Shown: positions 1-13,581, counted from the first letter of the stretch. The stretch: 64,000 bases of DNA from Lingula anatina (GCA_051362555.1 CM120640.1:41518788-41582787); one strand, 5' to 3'. Translations and numbers: made by a program. Notes: generated by a model not told the origin, from the letters alone.

Positions 1-1500
1 GGACATATTAGAAAGACGAATGTTTGTATGATACATATATGATACACAGTCCTGAGGGTCTTCATCATGAGTTAAAACGTCAAAGTTCTATACCGAAGAT
101 TATCCAAATGGGTCTTCTCCAGGATAAATCGTCCCTTCGTCTCAGTTGTTATAATCTTTGGCATTAACGTCGTAGTACCAGTGTGTGCCCATATATTCAG
201 ACACAAGAGACAAGGCGTCCCTTTAAAACAAGACAACAAAATCCACCTATCTCAACATTAAATGAACAAGACTTCTTGTCCTTCCTGGGCTAATCATGAT
301 CGTCATTTGTCACATTCAGACTTGAGAAACTTCAAACTTTTTCATAGCACACTATAATTTCGTGACAGATGCCCCATCTTTCTCTCTCTCTCTATGTATG
401 TACTGTGCTGGAACAACAGTGCCTACCACAGTGTCGTTCTGCGTCCTGCATGCATATCTCCACGTTAATTTGAAGGTCAAGAAGATGGACCCCTTGATTT
501 CAGCATTGAGATACGCACGTTTCTGTTCGCGGTGCGCGTACCGCAAGATGAACTGATAGCAGTGGAGCGAGAATCAGAACTTAATTATAGTGTATACCTT
601 TCTTATATCAGTCTTGCCAACAAAAGCCATTTGTCTTCGTCTTTTTTTCTCAAGATGAAAGTTGAATTGCTGATTATATTAAATTTATAAGCATTTTCAA
701 GGCAGTGATTGATAACCCAATCCCTAACTTATCGCAAGACCAAAATTCCACAGATTTATAGACCGAATAGAAAGTTTTCGGTATTCTTTCGAGCTGTACA
801 GCTTCCAACCTAGCCACTCTACAGAACCATCGATTTTTTTCTTTTTTTTTCTCTCAACATTTTTTCTTTAACTACGACTTATCTGACCGTATATTGTACA
901 ATTATGATTTGGTCTGTAATAAAAACTTTGACAATTGTACTGACCCAGTAGAAAGAGTTGTAGTATGGCTAAAATGCAGGTACCCCTGAGAATCTATTGC
1001 TAGTTTGTCCATGGTTTGTCTAATCAATTATGAAAGACACAAATGGCACATTGTAGTAGAAATAATGCTCATAAATTTTAAGTTTGATTTCAAAATGCAT
1101 GTGTCGCAAAAGTAAGAGAGAGAGAAGGGTAGAAGACCGACGCGCAGGAAGTAGTATGAATTATTGTACACAATGGACCGTTCATAAATATAACACACGT
1201 GTATAACTTCATCAGTCTGTATTATTTAAAATAAGTCTCTAGCTTGGGCCTTATGTCTTTTCTGCATGACATGATGAACAATTAATGAATATTTCTTGAT
1301 TATCTTTTGGAATGAATATTGATTACAATCATCTTATATGATTAGGTATGTTATTAACTACATGTACCTTAAATAAATCATATAGATATTAAATACAAAA
1401 TATATATTTACATGTTTATCACATACATTAATTTATTTGTCAGCTGAACTTGTGAAATGTGATGTTATATAATAAAGACCAGAGCTAAGTGTAATGGATG

Positions 1501-1600
1501 TTGCACTCTTATTAAGTATGAATGTTAAAAAAGCAGTCATACCTTATACTGCACTCTTATTAAGTATGAATGTAAAAAAAAGTAGTCATACCTTATACAT
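1501..1600. repeat. Local tandem duplication of a ~47-bp unit
   Basis: tgcactcttattaagtatgaatgt(t/a)aaaaaag(c/t)agtcataccttatac occurs twice in succession. Confidence 0.85.
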
Positions 1601-1974
1601 TATTATATTGTATAAAGCCTTAGGTGAAAAACACAAGTGTAATGTTTTGAAACCATCTGATATCATATTGAAGCATTTTGCATAGTTCAGGAAAGAATCA
1701 GGTCAAAATGTTACAGTATTTTACCATAATTTTGGTACACACCTTTGTTGAAAGTAAGAAAAGCGTTATTTAAAGTTATAAATGGTTACTCTTGACATTT
1801 CGATCCCGATGTAGGAAAGAATCGTCAAATGTATCGGTAATCAGGACGCATTCAAAGCCGCCACAACACTAGTGAACTGTGCTCCCCCCCCCCCCCCCCC
1901 AAAAAAAAAAAAAAAAAAAAAAAATACTGTGATCCCACTTGTTCAAGTAATAAGACAGAACTTGCAGTTGGAAA

Positions 1975-2258
1975 TCAGATTCCCTGTTGGTCCTGGGGTG
2001 CTTTGGGGGTGAGGCGCCCAGATTTCCGTCTCAGACATTTTTGATAAACCGCCACACAGAGGGCAAGTGCGGTGATCACCAGTGTGACCGATACCACTCC
2101 CATCATGAACCATATCCATTTTGCCAATGAGGGAGATAAAAAGTCGTCTGTTGGTTTTGAGTCTGACGGGTTTTTTATTCTTGTGACGCCTTTGTAATCT
2201 GAAACACAAGATTTTTGATTATCAATAGTGCATTTATCCATCTATCTATCCATCCATC

Positions 2259-2295
<37 letters not shown>

Positions 2296-2983
2296 GTGAT
2301 TTCAATATGTATTTCTACAAAGACCACATAGTTATGTAAAATGGTAGCACCAAATTATTCTTACATGCGATAGTGGCCTTTGTATCACACAGTCTACCCA
2401 TGTGCCCAAGTTGACAGTTGCAAATCATCTCTTTCGTCGTTGGCAATAGCTCACACGTCCCCCCATTCTGGCACGGCAAGTCACAGAATTCGTCGCAGTT
2501 TATACCCGTCCATAGCTTGTCACAGCGACAATAATGTACTGTCACGTTGTTTAAACTTTCCCACCTTGTCTCCTTACATACGCCATGGACACAGGGCATG
2601 GAGGCACAGTTCTCAATGGAAGAATGCTTTGTTGGTACCGCTTCCAAACTCGTTGAAAGCTGAAACGCCTCCCTTGGTTTTTTACCAGTATCTGTTCTAC
2701 CTCGGACCAGTATCGAATTAGAACCTGCACCCCGTGGAATCAGACAGTGCTTGCCCGTGAAATTATTTGTACACTCGCATTTTGGCGAGCAGTCGGTCTT
2801 CATAAGCTTACATGTCCCTCCGTTGTAACACCGCCTTTTCAGGCAGAGATTGATGGAGCATCGACGGTCTAGCTTCCTCACAAACTCACTGGTTGCATAT
2901 CTGGCGAAAATGTTGGTTTGGCCGTAACAATATGAGATATATAAACATAACACAAAAAAGCTGGAGACAAAATCCGATTTCAT
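1975..2983 (-). CDS. Type I membrane protein with signal peptide, three EGF-like repeats, one TM helix and a short cytoplasmic tail (2 exons: 2983-2365, 2198-1975)
   Basis: MKSDFVSSFFVLCLYISYCYG is signal-like. EGF Cys patterns: C..RRCYNGGTC...CECTNNFTGKHC, CASMPCVHGVC...CRCDKLWTGINC, CDLPCQNGGTC...CNCQLGHMGRLC. A GTAAGA donor and TTTCAG acceptor join in frame to an exon with hydrophobic WIWFMMGVVSVTLVITALALCVAVY followed by basic QKCLRRK. Confidence 0.8.
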
Positions 2984-4760
2984 TGCCAACAAGAGTAGAC
3001 AAAAACTGCAAATAAGATACCTCAACTTTCCTTCGAGTAAGCCCGTTTCTTATTTCCTCATAAATGTCAAGAGACAAAAAAATATCATCTGAGAAGACAA
3101 ATAGGGATTTCCCCTATTCTCCGCACGTCATCTCAGAATTCCAAAAGAGACCTAGCCTTATAACTGTTAGAAAGGTTACAATAAACGTAGGACACCGACT
3201 TTGTGGGCTCTAGAGTAAAGTGTATTTCTTCATCTAGGCTCAGGTTTTCGACTCGCCTTTCAATTTATTTCATAAAAGAGACCGCTGTTAAGTCAAACTA
3301 TTAACGCGGCAACTTTAAAGATTTTTTTAACGTCGCAAAGGTATGTGTAACGACCATAAATTGCAATATGGCTGAAAATCAGCAATTCCACAATTAAACG
3401 CACTGTTGTTATGTAATTACGTTAAATATAATATTTATGTAAAAGTTTAACCTACAAGACAAAGAAGAAAAAGACAGCTAACTTTTTAAAACTGACGTTC
3501 ATATATCCAAGGGGTTATATCTCAAATACCTCTTTGATATAACTCATTCTGTGTCGCATGCCCATTGTCTTGTGACGCAACACTCCATGACAATCTGTAA
3601 TCTTACATTTGCAAGTCTAATACAGAAAGTATCCATCCCGGGTTTATCAAATGATGGAAAGGTGTGATAGTGGCTATCAAAAACCAGGCAGGTGTGATCA
3701 CAAATCAGTTTTGACGGCTTTTTGCGTAACATCAAGGTTCATGGTCTGTTGACTGAGAACCCGCACCCTCCATCACTGACGACAGTGGCGGTTGGTGTCT
3801 CCAGATCTCCTGTACCCTCTACCTGCAGGGCCGCATATTATATTATGTGAACTTTTTCTCTGACGCGACCCATCAATTTAACCAGAGACATACTGGTGAA
3901 TATCTAGTGAAAATCAATTTGTGGGCCTGGTAGAGGGTAGATATCCTTTAGATGATAACAGATGTAAAGAAACAGTGCGCGGTCTGCGCGGGGGCAAAAT
4001 ATGCACCCTCTACCGGAGGGCGGCTGCCTCATGACGTAGTTGTGCATAAATCCATAACAAAATGTGCACAGCCAGAGGAATACTTGTACATATCTCCCAC
4101 AAGAAATCCATTCCGTTACCCTGATAGAGGGTGCAAAATTATAGGAAAACTAAGAAAATAAAGAGATGGTGGAAAATCGTTTAAATTGGACAATTTAATC
4201 TGTTTTAGATCCCCATAAGCCACGTGAAGCAAGTTGCATTAGATAAATTAGTTAGCGACACCAGTTAGTTAAACCCCCCCTTAATTGAGGAAATATATTA
4301 TCTAACTACATGCCGTTTGTTTTGAATGTGTATGACAGTGACAGGGAGTAAGAGAAAGTGCAGGTTAAAAACAAAACACGTGGCAAACTAGCAATAAATA
4401 ATTTTCAAATATTTATTGTAAATATATAACAATATATTCATTATTTGTACAACCTTGCAGATCAGTCACTTTCTTTTATACGTATTCGGCTGAGATTTCA
4501 CTATATATATAAGGTTTGAATACGTTGCCACAGTAATAGGTTTCTCCGAGATTTTTACATCAGAGAACGGTAAACGTTTCCAAACCAGTATCAAATTAAA
4601 GGCTCATCTGGGAACTTTTTTCGCGAGTCAAATTTTTATTTATGCACAACTTCAATGGGAATTTGACAGAAATTTTGTGCACAATCATCATAGATATACG
4701 ACAGTATTGCGTCGCATATTATAAAATAAATACCATCTATCTATAGCACGTTACAAAAGG

Positions 4761-4921
4761 CCTATAGGCATGGGTGAAAGTTGTAAAAACTGAAAATTCT
4801 ATAAACGTAGAATGCATTTTCCCATTGCATTTCGACCACACGAAAAAAATAACAATCAAAATAAAGAGTGAAAATCCTGAAATCAGGCACAATCCTAAAA
4901 ACTTTCACCCATGCCTATAGG
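4761..4921. mobile_element. Short MITE-like element with ~22-bp terminal inverted repeats
   Basis: cctataggcatgggtgaaagtt ... aactttcacccatgcctatagg is a perfect inverted pair. The outer ctatag may be a target duplication. Confidence 0.7.
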
Positions 4922-5628
4922 ATGATATGCCTGGATGCCATAATAAACTAACATTTAAGCCCAACTTTCTTGACAGCCAAGGTGAGCATGCGGGGAAATG
5001 TTGTAGGAAAGCAAACTTACTTACACCACTCATCTATCTTCAAGAGCATTAAGTAACTTCTTTTCACATTATTTTAACTATGGGCAATTTTACATCACTT
5101 AATATGACAATTTTACATCACTTAATATGATGTTTAAAATGACTCCTTATCACATCATAGTGAACTTTTTATAGATTCAACTAACTATTGCACATTCATA
5201 CTACCAACGAATGTACAGTAAATGTGATAATGTCAACCTTGATTCATTCATAATTGACATAAGAAATCTTCTTTGGCACTGTTTAGAATCGATTTACCAG
5301 GTATAAAGAAAAGTTTCAAACAGTACGCTTATCAACCTCAAGAGTTCACACTGGTCAGGAATATTTCTCCGTGAAAACCAAATAATATGGTTTGTTTTGA
5401 TTCTTCATCAAATGGTTAAATATTTTACATTTCAAAATATTTAAATTAGTAACACTGTGTGACTCATACAGGCATAAACATAAATATTCAAATTGATTTT
5501 TTTCCTTCTTTTTGGCAATTGTAGTTTGTAAATGACACCTACACTTAAATTCAGTGACCCCAGATTTTCCGCTGACATCAGGAACAGTGCTTAAAATTTA
5601 ATCTCTTTGACATTAACTTTTCATATAC

Positions 5629-8600
5629 TTAATTAATAATACTTTTGTTGTCTCTCCTAGTATGTGACAGTAGAGGATCCGTCTCATCGTATTCATCCAC
5701 GGCAGAGACGAGAGGCTTCCCTTCCCTGGCCATCTTCTGTCTCCTGCTTTGGTTCAATATGCCACCCTGCAGACAGTATAAAAAATAAGCTTATAAACTA
5801 ACAAAATCTATAGCAAAGGTGGATGCCATTGGCATGGAGAGAGTGAGAGGGAAGGAGAAGGGGACATGAAATCCTTGCATCATCACCAAACATATTCTCA
5901 ATACCGTGAATCTGGGTATATTATGCTTCTCCCTCTCTCATTGTGAAAAAAATTCAGGGAAAGGCCAATTGGTTGAGCATCCAAGCAGAAAAAATAGGAT
6001 CTATGGCAGATGAAAGATATTGTTGCAAGGTCTTACAACACCCAAATGCTATGAACAATTATAAACATCTGCTGATTTTCACATATTTAGACAAAATAAA
6101 AGAAAGAAGGGAAAAATCAACAGAATCATTTCACATACCTTTCTCCTGTCATTTATGTTCAGCATCACAGATGTAGTAATACAAGCCAGTGTGTTAGCAA
6201 GCATGAAGATCATCATGTACTGCCAGCGCTCTAATGGGATTCTAACCAAAAATAATCAAAATGTTCTGCTTAAAAATTATTACAAAATTTAATGTGAAGA
6301 AAACAGAGAATGAAATAAAAAGAAAAGGCTTACTCTGCCTATGCATAATATACAACATTTTCATTAACTCTCTCTTTTTTTACATAAAAGTAAGAAAGGT
6401 TTCAAATAGCAAATTTTCATTCTCTTATTATGTAATAAGAATTAAGTCCTTTAAAGCCCTTTGTCATTGGCTGGTTGTGTTGTTGCTTTTTTAAGAAGTA
6501 AAAAGGTATCTCACATTATCCATGTACTCAAAGAAAATTATCAATACTAATATTTTCATTACCTTTTATCCACAAACTTAGAAGTAAAACATTTGAAATA
6601 TATAAATCCAATTCTTCTCTAATTACTGACAATGCATTTTACTGAAAATTCAGTCTATAAAAAAAAATGTCAAACCTCTTTGCCAAAATCAACATATGCA
6701 ATAAAATATTGATCACTTACTTGCCATTTTTCTGTCCCAGTATTTCTCCCACTACAATGTTACAGATACCAATGCCTACCATCTGTATGGAAGTGGTCAG
6801 TCCCATGGCTGTGCCCACAGTGGCCTGGCTGACCACAAGGGGAATGGACGGCCACATGCTGGCCTGGAATTAGTGATCATAACATATGATACATTTTGTT
6901 CATTATAACTTGGTATACTGATGAAGTTTAAAAATATAATACCAAAACTGCGAAACTGAATCTTTACTAAAAAACTTTAAGAGGAACTAACAAATTTATC
7001 AATTTTAACATATAATGTCTATCAGACTTAAACCTATGATAATGCATTACTGTCAGCTTGACAACTCATCTTGATTTTAAATAATCTACTTAAATCAACA
7101 AGTATATCAGCCAGCACCTACAGCAGCAAATGAGTAAGTTATTCCCAGCCACAAAGTGGCCACCAGTGGATAGACATATGTAAATGCCAGCAACCCAAAG
7201 ACTGGAATGGTTAGGAGACAACACAGAACTGCTAGGTACCCACGCTTGCCTATCACATCCTGTAATATAACAAACAACATGACCAACGGGTAAATATGAT
7301 AGGTTACTTAATTTATGTGCAAACTGGACACATTATGGGCACAATTTTCCCTTCAGCTACTTGGATGCACTTTTGCAGCCTGGTTGACATAATGTTTTTT
7401 ATTTTTCATTGTTGATCACACCAGCAGTTTGCAATCCACAGTAACTTCACACAGCAAGAAATTTTAATATCTTGAAATTAAACTGATTCTAATATCAACA
7501 TAGCATCTATGCAATTTTACACTTTTCACTAAAGGAATTCTTGGTATCAGAGTAACTTACAATCATTCCTCCTAGGAAAGGTGACAGGACCATGGAGACA
7601 TCATACACCGCACCTGCCAGGTAGGAGGAGGTGGGGGGCTGGATGTCATATTTACTTTCAATAAAATCACTGAAATTTAACACAAAAGACAGCAATTACA
7701 ATTTTGTAACCAGATTTTTAATATGGCTGGTGCTAGTTCTTTCATTTGAAACAATGTTGAGCATTTACCAAAATATCAACTCAAACTTTTTTTCTCTAAA
7801 TCAAGTTACACATTATTGATCTTCCAATACCAACGATATATTGGACCACTCATCAGTTTTTAATAGCCAGCTTAGTATTTAGACACTGAATAATAACACC
7901 TCATAATTTACTTATGTACTTTTCTTAAAATCACCTTGCATCAGCTACAAATGGAAACACTCCATTGTAAAAGAACATAATGGTCAGAGCCAGCAGCCAG
8001 TAGGAGGCTGAGAAATGCCTGATGTCTGTGAATTTCTGAAAAAATATATGAAATTTCAATAATCAAGAACAAAAATGACAGGATTTCTATTGAATTCTTT
8101 GGAAAACAGCTATATAAGATACTGAAGGGAAATTTTGTATTTTAAGGTACTAGTAATTTAAAGCATTTTTTACCATACATCATGATAAAAATGCAATAAA
8201 GGTGATACTTACAACATCACAATGTTTCATCTTGCTTCTCCGTTTTACATATTATCTGTTTTAATCACATTTATACTCATGGAAATACATATCAGTAATA
8301 CTCTGTCAAGTAACATGTTTAATAACATACATGTAGTCACAAAATGTATCGAGTGTTGCAATGATTACTTACCACTTTTTTGGACTCTTCTTTCATGTTG
8401 TCATCTGCTCCAAGCTGTTTGACTCCCATTTTGTCTAAGAAGCTGACTATAATGGCAGAAACAAACCCAATTCCACAGAGCATTGCACCTAAAATATGGG
8501 TCATGCAGAAAAGTCTGGATTAAATTTCTGTAGGTACTGGTACACAAAAACACTCCTTTTTGGCATAACTTAATATGTGACTACAACATCTCTGCCCTCT

Positions 8601-11600
8601 TACATTGTATGCTAACAACTTAACTATATATCTATGACAACTAATGCATCTATATTAGAGTGTTTCTTTTCTATTATAATATTATATACGTAATCATTAT
8701 GTTTCCCTTTCCATCTCTGTAAATTATCACATTTAACTAGGTGCAGACCCACACATACATACCACCCCACAATGTCCAGGTAAGACCAAAAGCCTTGGCA
8801 AAATTGGGTGTAAGGAAGAAGTTCAAGACACTTCCAAGCCTTGAGAAGGCAAGAGTGAAACCAAAGGCCAGTGCTAACTCCTTGTCCTTGAACCAAAATG
8901 CTGTGATACGATTCTGAACAACTTGAAAAGAAAGAAAGGAAAAGATAACTAGAGTAAGCGCATTCGTATGGACCCCCCCCCCCAAAAAAAAAGGGACACC
9001 ATCACCAGTCTTGTGCTTGACAAGCTCTATAAAATGCAATCAACAAGAGTTCTCAAAATATTCCAAAAAATATGAATAAAAATGGTACAATCAAGCAGAT
9101 TTTCGAACTGACCTGCATTTTCCTACCATTGATCACTCCTGTGATTCTCTAGACAAAGGGCCTATTGGTTTTCCTTAAAATGTGTTGTCAGTGGTGCATA
9201 TATGCTGACAAAAGAGAAAATCTAGGAGCAACACCAGGCACATCTCTGCTAGTATTGAAGATATGAGGAGCAAGAAAATATGTAAAGCTCAGTTCATGGT
9301 GAAAAAGTAGGTCAAAGTCAATTTCAACATCATAGTATATGAATTTCTATTCAAGTTCAATAGTAACCATGGGCATTTCTTTTCAAGTTTTTCAGATTTA
9401 AAGGCCAGAAAACATGCAAAAAGCAGTTCATCATAAAAATTAGGTCAAAGGTCAATTTCAAGGTCACAGTTAGATTGCCAGTGTATTACTTCCTATTCAA
9501 GTTCAATAGTAACTATGGACATTTCTCTGCCAGTTTTAGAGATAAAAGGGAATGGAAATTTGCAAAGTTCAGTTCATGGTAAAAAGTAGGTCAAAGGTTA
9601 ATTTTAAGGTCACAGTAAATTGCCAGTATATGACTTCCTATTCACGTTCAATAGTAACTATGAACATATCTTTGCCAGTTTTGAAAGTATAAGCACTAAA
9701 AAAGTTGCAAAGTTCAGTTTATGGTGTAAAGTAGGTCAAAGGTCAATTTCAAGGTCAGAGATAAATTGCCAGTATGTGACTTCCTATTCAACTTCAATAG
9801 TAACTATAGACCTATCTCTGCCAGTTTTGGAAATAAAAGGGAACCAAAATTTGCAAAGTTCAATTCATGATGAAAATTAGGTCAAAGGTCAATTTAAAGG
9901 TCACTCCTAGATTGCCAGTATATGACTTCCTATTCAAGTTCAATAGTAACTATGGACCCATCTCTGCCAGTTTTGGAGATAAAAGGGAACAAAATTTTGC
10001 AAAGTTCAGTTCATGGTAAAAAGTAGGTCAAAGGTCAATTTTAAGGTCACAGTAAATTGCCAGTATGTGACTTCCTATTCAACTTCAACAGTAACTATGG
10101 ACATATCTCTTCCAGTTTTAGAAAGAAAAGGGAAGCAAAATTTGCAAACTTCAGTTCATGGTGTGAAGTAGGTCAAATGTCAATTTCAAGGACACAGTTA
10201 GATTGCCAGTATATGACTTCCTATTGAAGTTCAATAGTAACTAATGGCGTATCTCTGCCAGTTTTCGAGATATAAGGGAGAGAAAATTTGCAAAGTTCAG
10301 TTCATGGTGAAAAGTAGGTCAGAGGTCAATTTAAAGGTCACAGTAAGATCGCCAGTATATGACTTCCTACTCAAGTTCAACAGTAGCTATGGGCGTATCT
10401 TTGCCAGTTTAAAAGATATAAGGGCTAAATTTGCAAAGTTCAGTTCATGGTGTAAAGTAGGTCAGAGGTCAATTTCAGGATCACAGTTAGATTGCCAGTA
10501 TATGACTTCCTATTCAAGTTCAACAGTAACTATGGGCATATCTTTGCCAGTTTTGGAGATATAAAAATCAGAAAACTTGCAAAGTGCAGTTCATCATGAA
10601 AAGTAGGTCAAAGGTCAATTTCAAGGTCAGTTAGATTACAAGTATATGACTTCCTATTCAAGTTCAATAGTAACTATGGGCGTATCTCTGCTAATTTTGT
10701 AGTATGTTACATTTTATTTTCACCACTAAATATTGGATGTTGAACCGTCGATATAGTACAATGCCTAAGCCGTATCGAAAACAAAAAACGGACACCACCT
10801 TCAGTGTTGCGCTTGACAAGCTCTACAAAATGCAAAAAACAAGAGGTCTCTGGCATTAACAGTTCCAGAATTTGAGAGAGTTTTCAGTTTTGGCATCTAA
10901 TGGCCGCTACTCCCGTGAAAATGCACCGATTGACCCCAAACTCACGAAGATGAAAGAAGACCCTAAGGGTAACACCTGTCCATAATATAATAAGTTAGAT
11001 CTGTGAAGTTTCTGAAAATGGGCATAAAATAATAATTTTTTGCAAAAAATTCCCATTTTTAGAAAATTTTGACCTTGAAATAAAGGTCAAAGGTCAAATC
11101 CAAGGGCATATTTGAAATCTCCACATATGACTTTCAGTCAGCCATCTGTAGAAGTTTTTCACATAATTCCTTCGGTATGGGAGATATTTAGCATTAAATT
11201 TTCAAAATTTTTGACAAGGGTGCGTTATAACGAGTGCCACGCCCAGGCCAATGCACCGACTGAGACAAAAAAACCAGGGGGTTCAAGTTGAGGTTATATG
11301 TGACCAAAATCCAAGAGATGGGAACACAGGTCCTTGCGGTCTAGGAGGAGAAGCGGTAACGGTGACTTGTATCCCACGCCATCCTGCGGAGCCGCATGAG
11401 CCGGCGGAGCCGCAGGAGCCGCAGGAGCCGGCGGAGCTGTACGAGACGGGTCGGGACTAAAACCATGAGTACCGCCAGCGTGTAGACTAAAACCATGAGT
11501 ACCGCCAGCGTACACGCTGGTGGTACTAATAATGAGAAGTATTCATCCAGTCAAGGTCATATAATTCATTGCAACAGAGGTAAAACAAATATATAATATC

Positions 11601-13520
11601 AAACCTTGTAAATGAATCCCACATAAAGAGATGCATGCATTCCTATGCATGTGCATGTTAACTTATGGATAAAAATATGCATGTTATAAACTTGGTCCCC
11701 TTTAATAACACTAACACACGATCTTCATGAACCTTTTATTTCTTGATTTCTTTGATAGTTATTTTTTAAATTTTGCATAATGTTTTTGGACAATTTGTAA
11801 TCAGAGATAAAAACTGAATATTTGAATTTTTCATTTAAATCGTTTAAATGTGATCAGGTCATCATAAAATCACCTGAATCCAAAGACTGATTTTCCTGAC
11901 TAAAAGCACACAAGGTATTTCAAAAATAAATAATTGTTATGTAGATAGAAAGTAAGGCCTTTTACTTGTAAGAGATCCATTCCCTGCTCCAAATAGCAAC
12001 CGTCCAATAAGCATCAGTGGCAGCAGGTAGGGTGTGCCTCGGAGAAAGACCCCAGCTGCAAATGTTGAGGAACCAAGGACGCAGAGAGATGAAAACAAGA
12101 AAACTCCAACTGGAATGAAAAGAAAGGCTTAAGTTATTTCTCAGTCAACAAATTTGGTAAGAATTAGTACTAGCAGTTTTTGTTATTATTTTGAGATCTA
12201 CAAGCCTGCACTTATTTTCTGTTTACTTACTGCTTTTTTTAAACAAATACATTTTTATCAATCCTTTTTGCTTTCATGTAAATGTACACATAAGTGCTTT
12301 TTTATGTTTATATTGTAAAAATAATTGTTTTTTTGCATTAAAACAGGATAATTTATTACTTACTCTACCATACACTATTCATACCTCTATTCCCTAGCTT
12401 GTCAATTAGAAAACCAGCTCCTAGTACAATTACTGCATTACTAAAAAGAGGAAAAATCAAATATGAAAATTTATAATTCAATGAATCAATTTACAGAAAA
12501 TGAAAATTTATTTTTTATCAAAGAGAAACAGAAAGAAAAACACAATAAGAGTCATTAGCACTCAGGCTAATTCAAAGTTCCTCATCTAACACCTTCTTGT
12601 GGTTATGTTCAGGAAAAGAAATCCTATAATACTCACGTCCAAGCATAGATAGCATATAGAAGGTTGTACTGGTCAGCATTCATTCCAAGGCAATCCTGGC
12701 AACATGTCTGATTCTCTGCTGTATGGTTGACTGAACTGTTAGTGGTGTTACAAAATGTGCTCTGTAAACAAATTGTCTGCCAAATTAAACAATATACTTC
12801 AAACTTAATTACTTTCTTAAAATATATGTCAAATTTAAATTCAAGGAACTTATTTGTAAAAACCTTAGTGTGCAAAAAAAAAAAGAGGGGGGGTCATTAA
12901 GTTTTATGTTTAAATATACTTCCAAGAGGTAAAAGAAGTAATTATAAGGAACATAATGATCTTGCTTTTAAGACCAATATGGTTTGAACTATATCACAAC
13001 ACAAAGCTATTTACCTATGAATCTGGTAAAGGAAAATTAAATAGCGGTATAAATAACTTATTCTATATTACAAGACTCTGGTCATGAACATACCCCTGTA
13101 AACAATGGCTGCAGCACACTGGGCATGTCAAAGCAGAAATAACTCCCAAAAGTCAGAAGACAGTTGAAAAACAACACCAAGAACCTGTAGCCACCTAAAA
13201 TGATTGAAAAACTAGTAGTCACAGAGAAAAAGTAACTTGGCAAGGGCCTTCTTGAGCATAATAGCACTTGCTTGGTTTACCATAGCATATTATTACTGTA
13301 TTATCCTCTTTTGAATGAGACTGACCAAAATTGTTGAGAAATATTGCAGTCAAATCAATGGTTAATGTCAAGTAAATTGGGAAAAAAACCTCACAAGGAC
13401 AAAATATAACATTTTGCCTTATAAGGTAAAACAGTACCGAATCATGCACGGCATTAGTAATAATTGAGTATCATTATATGTTCAAGATATACTTCTGGAC
13501 AACATACTACATGTTGTACT

Positions 13521-13581
<61 letters not shown>

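Noticed and set aside
1884-1924. C-run followed by A-run as a retrocopy poly(A) tail
   Set aside because: No TSD or upstream retro-sequence is evident; treated as simple homopolymers.
9620-10564. ORFs 9620-9880, 10244-10564 and 23302-23565
   Set aside because: Chance frames through the 146-bp tandem repeat.
11251-11515. Pro/Ala/Glu-rich ORFs (EPQEPAE / APAAPAAP)
   Set aside because: Translations of the 9-bp GC-rich repeat near the HINE 5' end.
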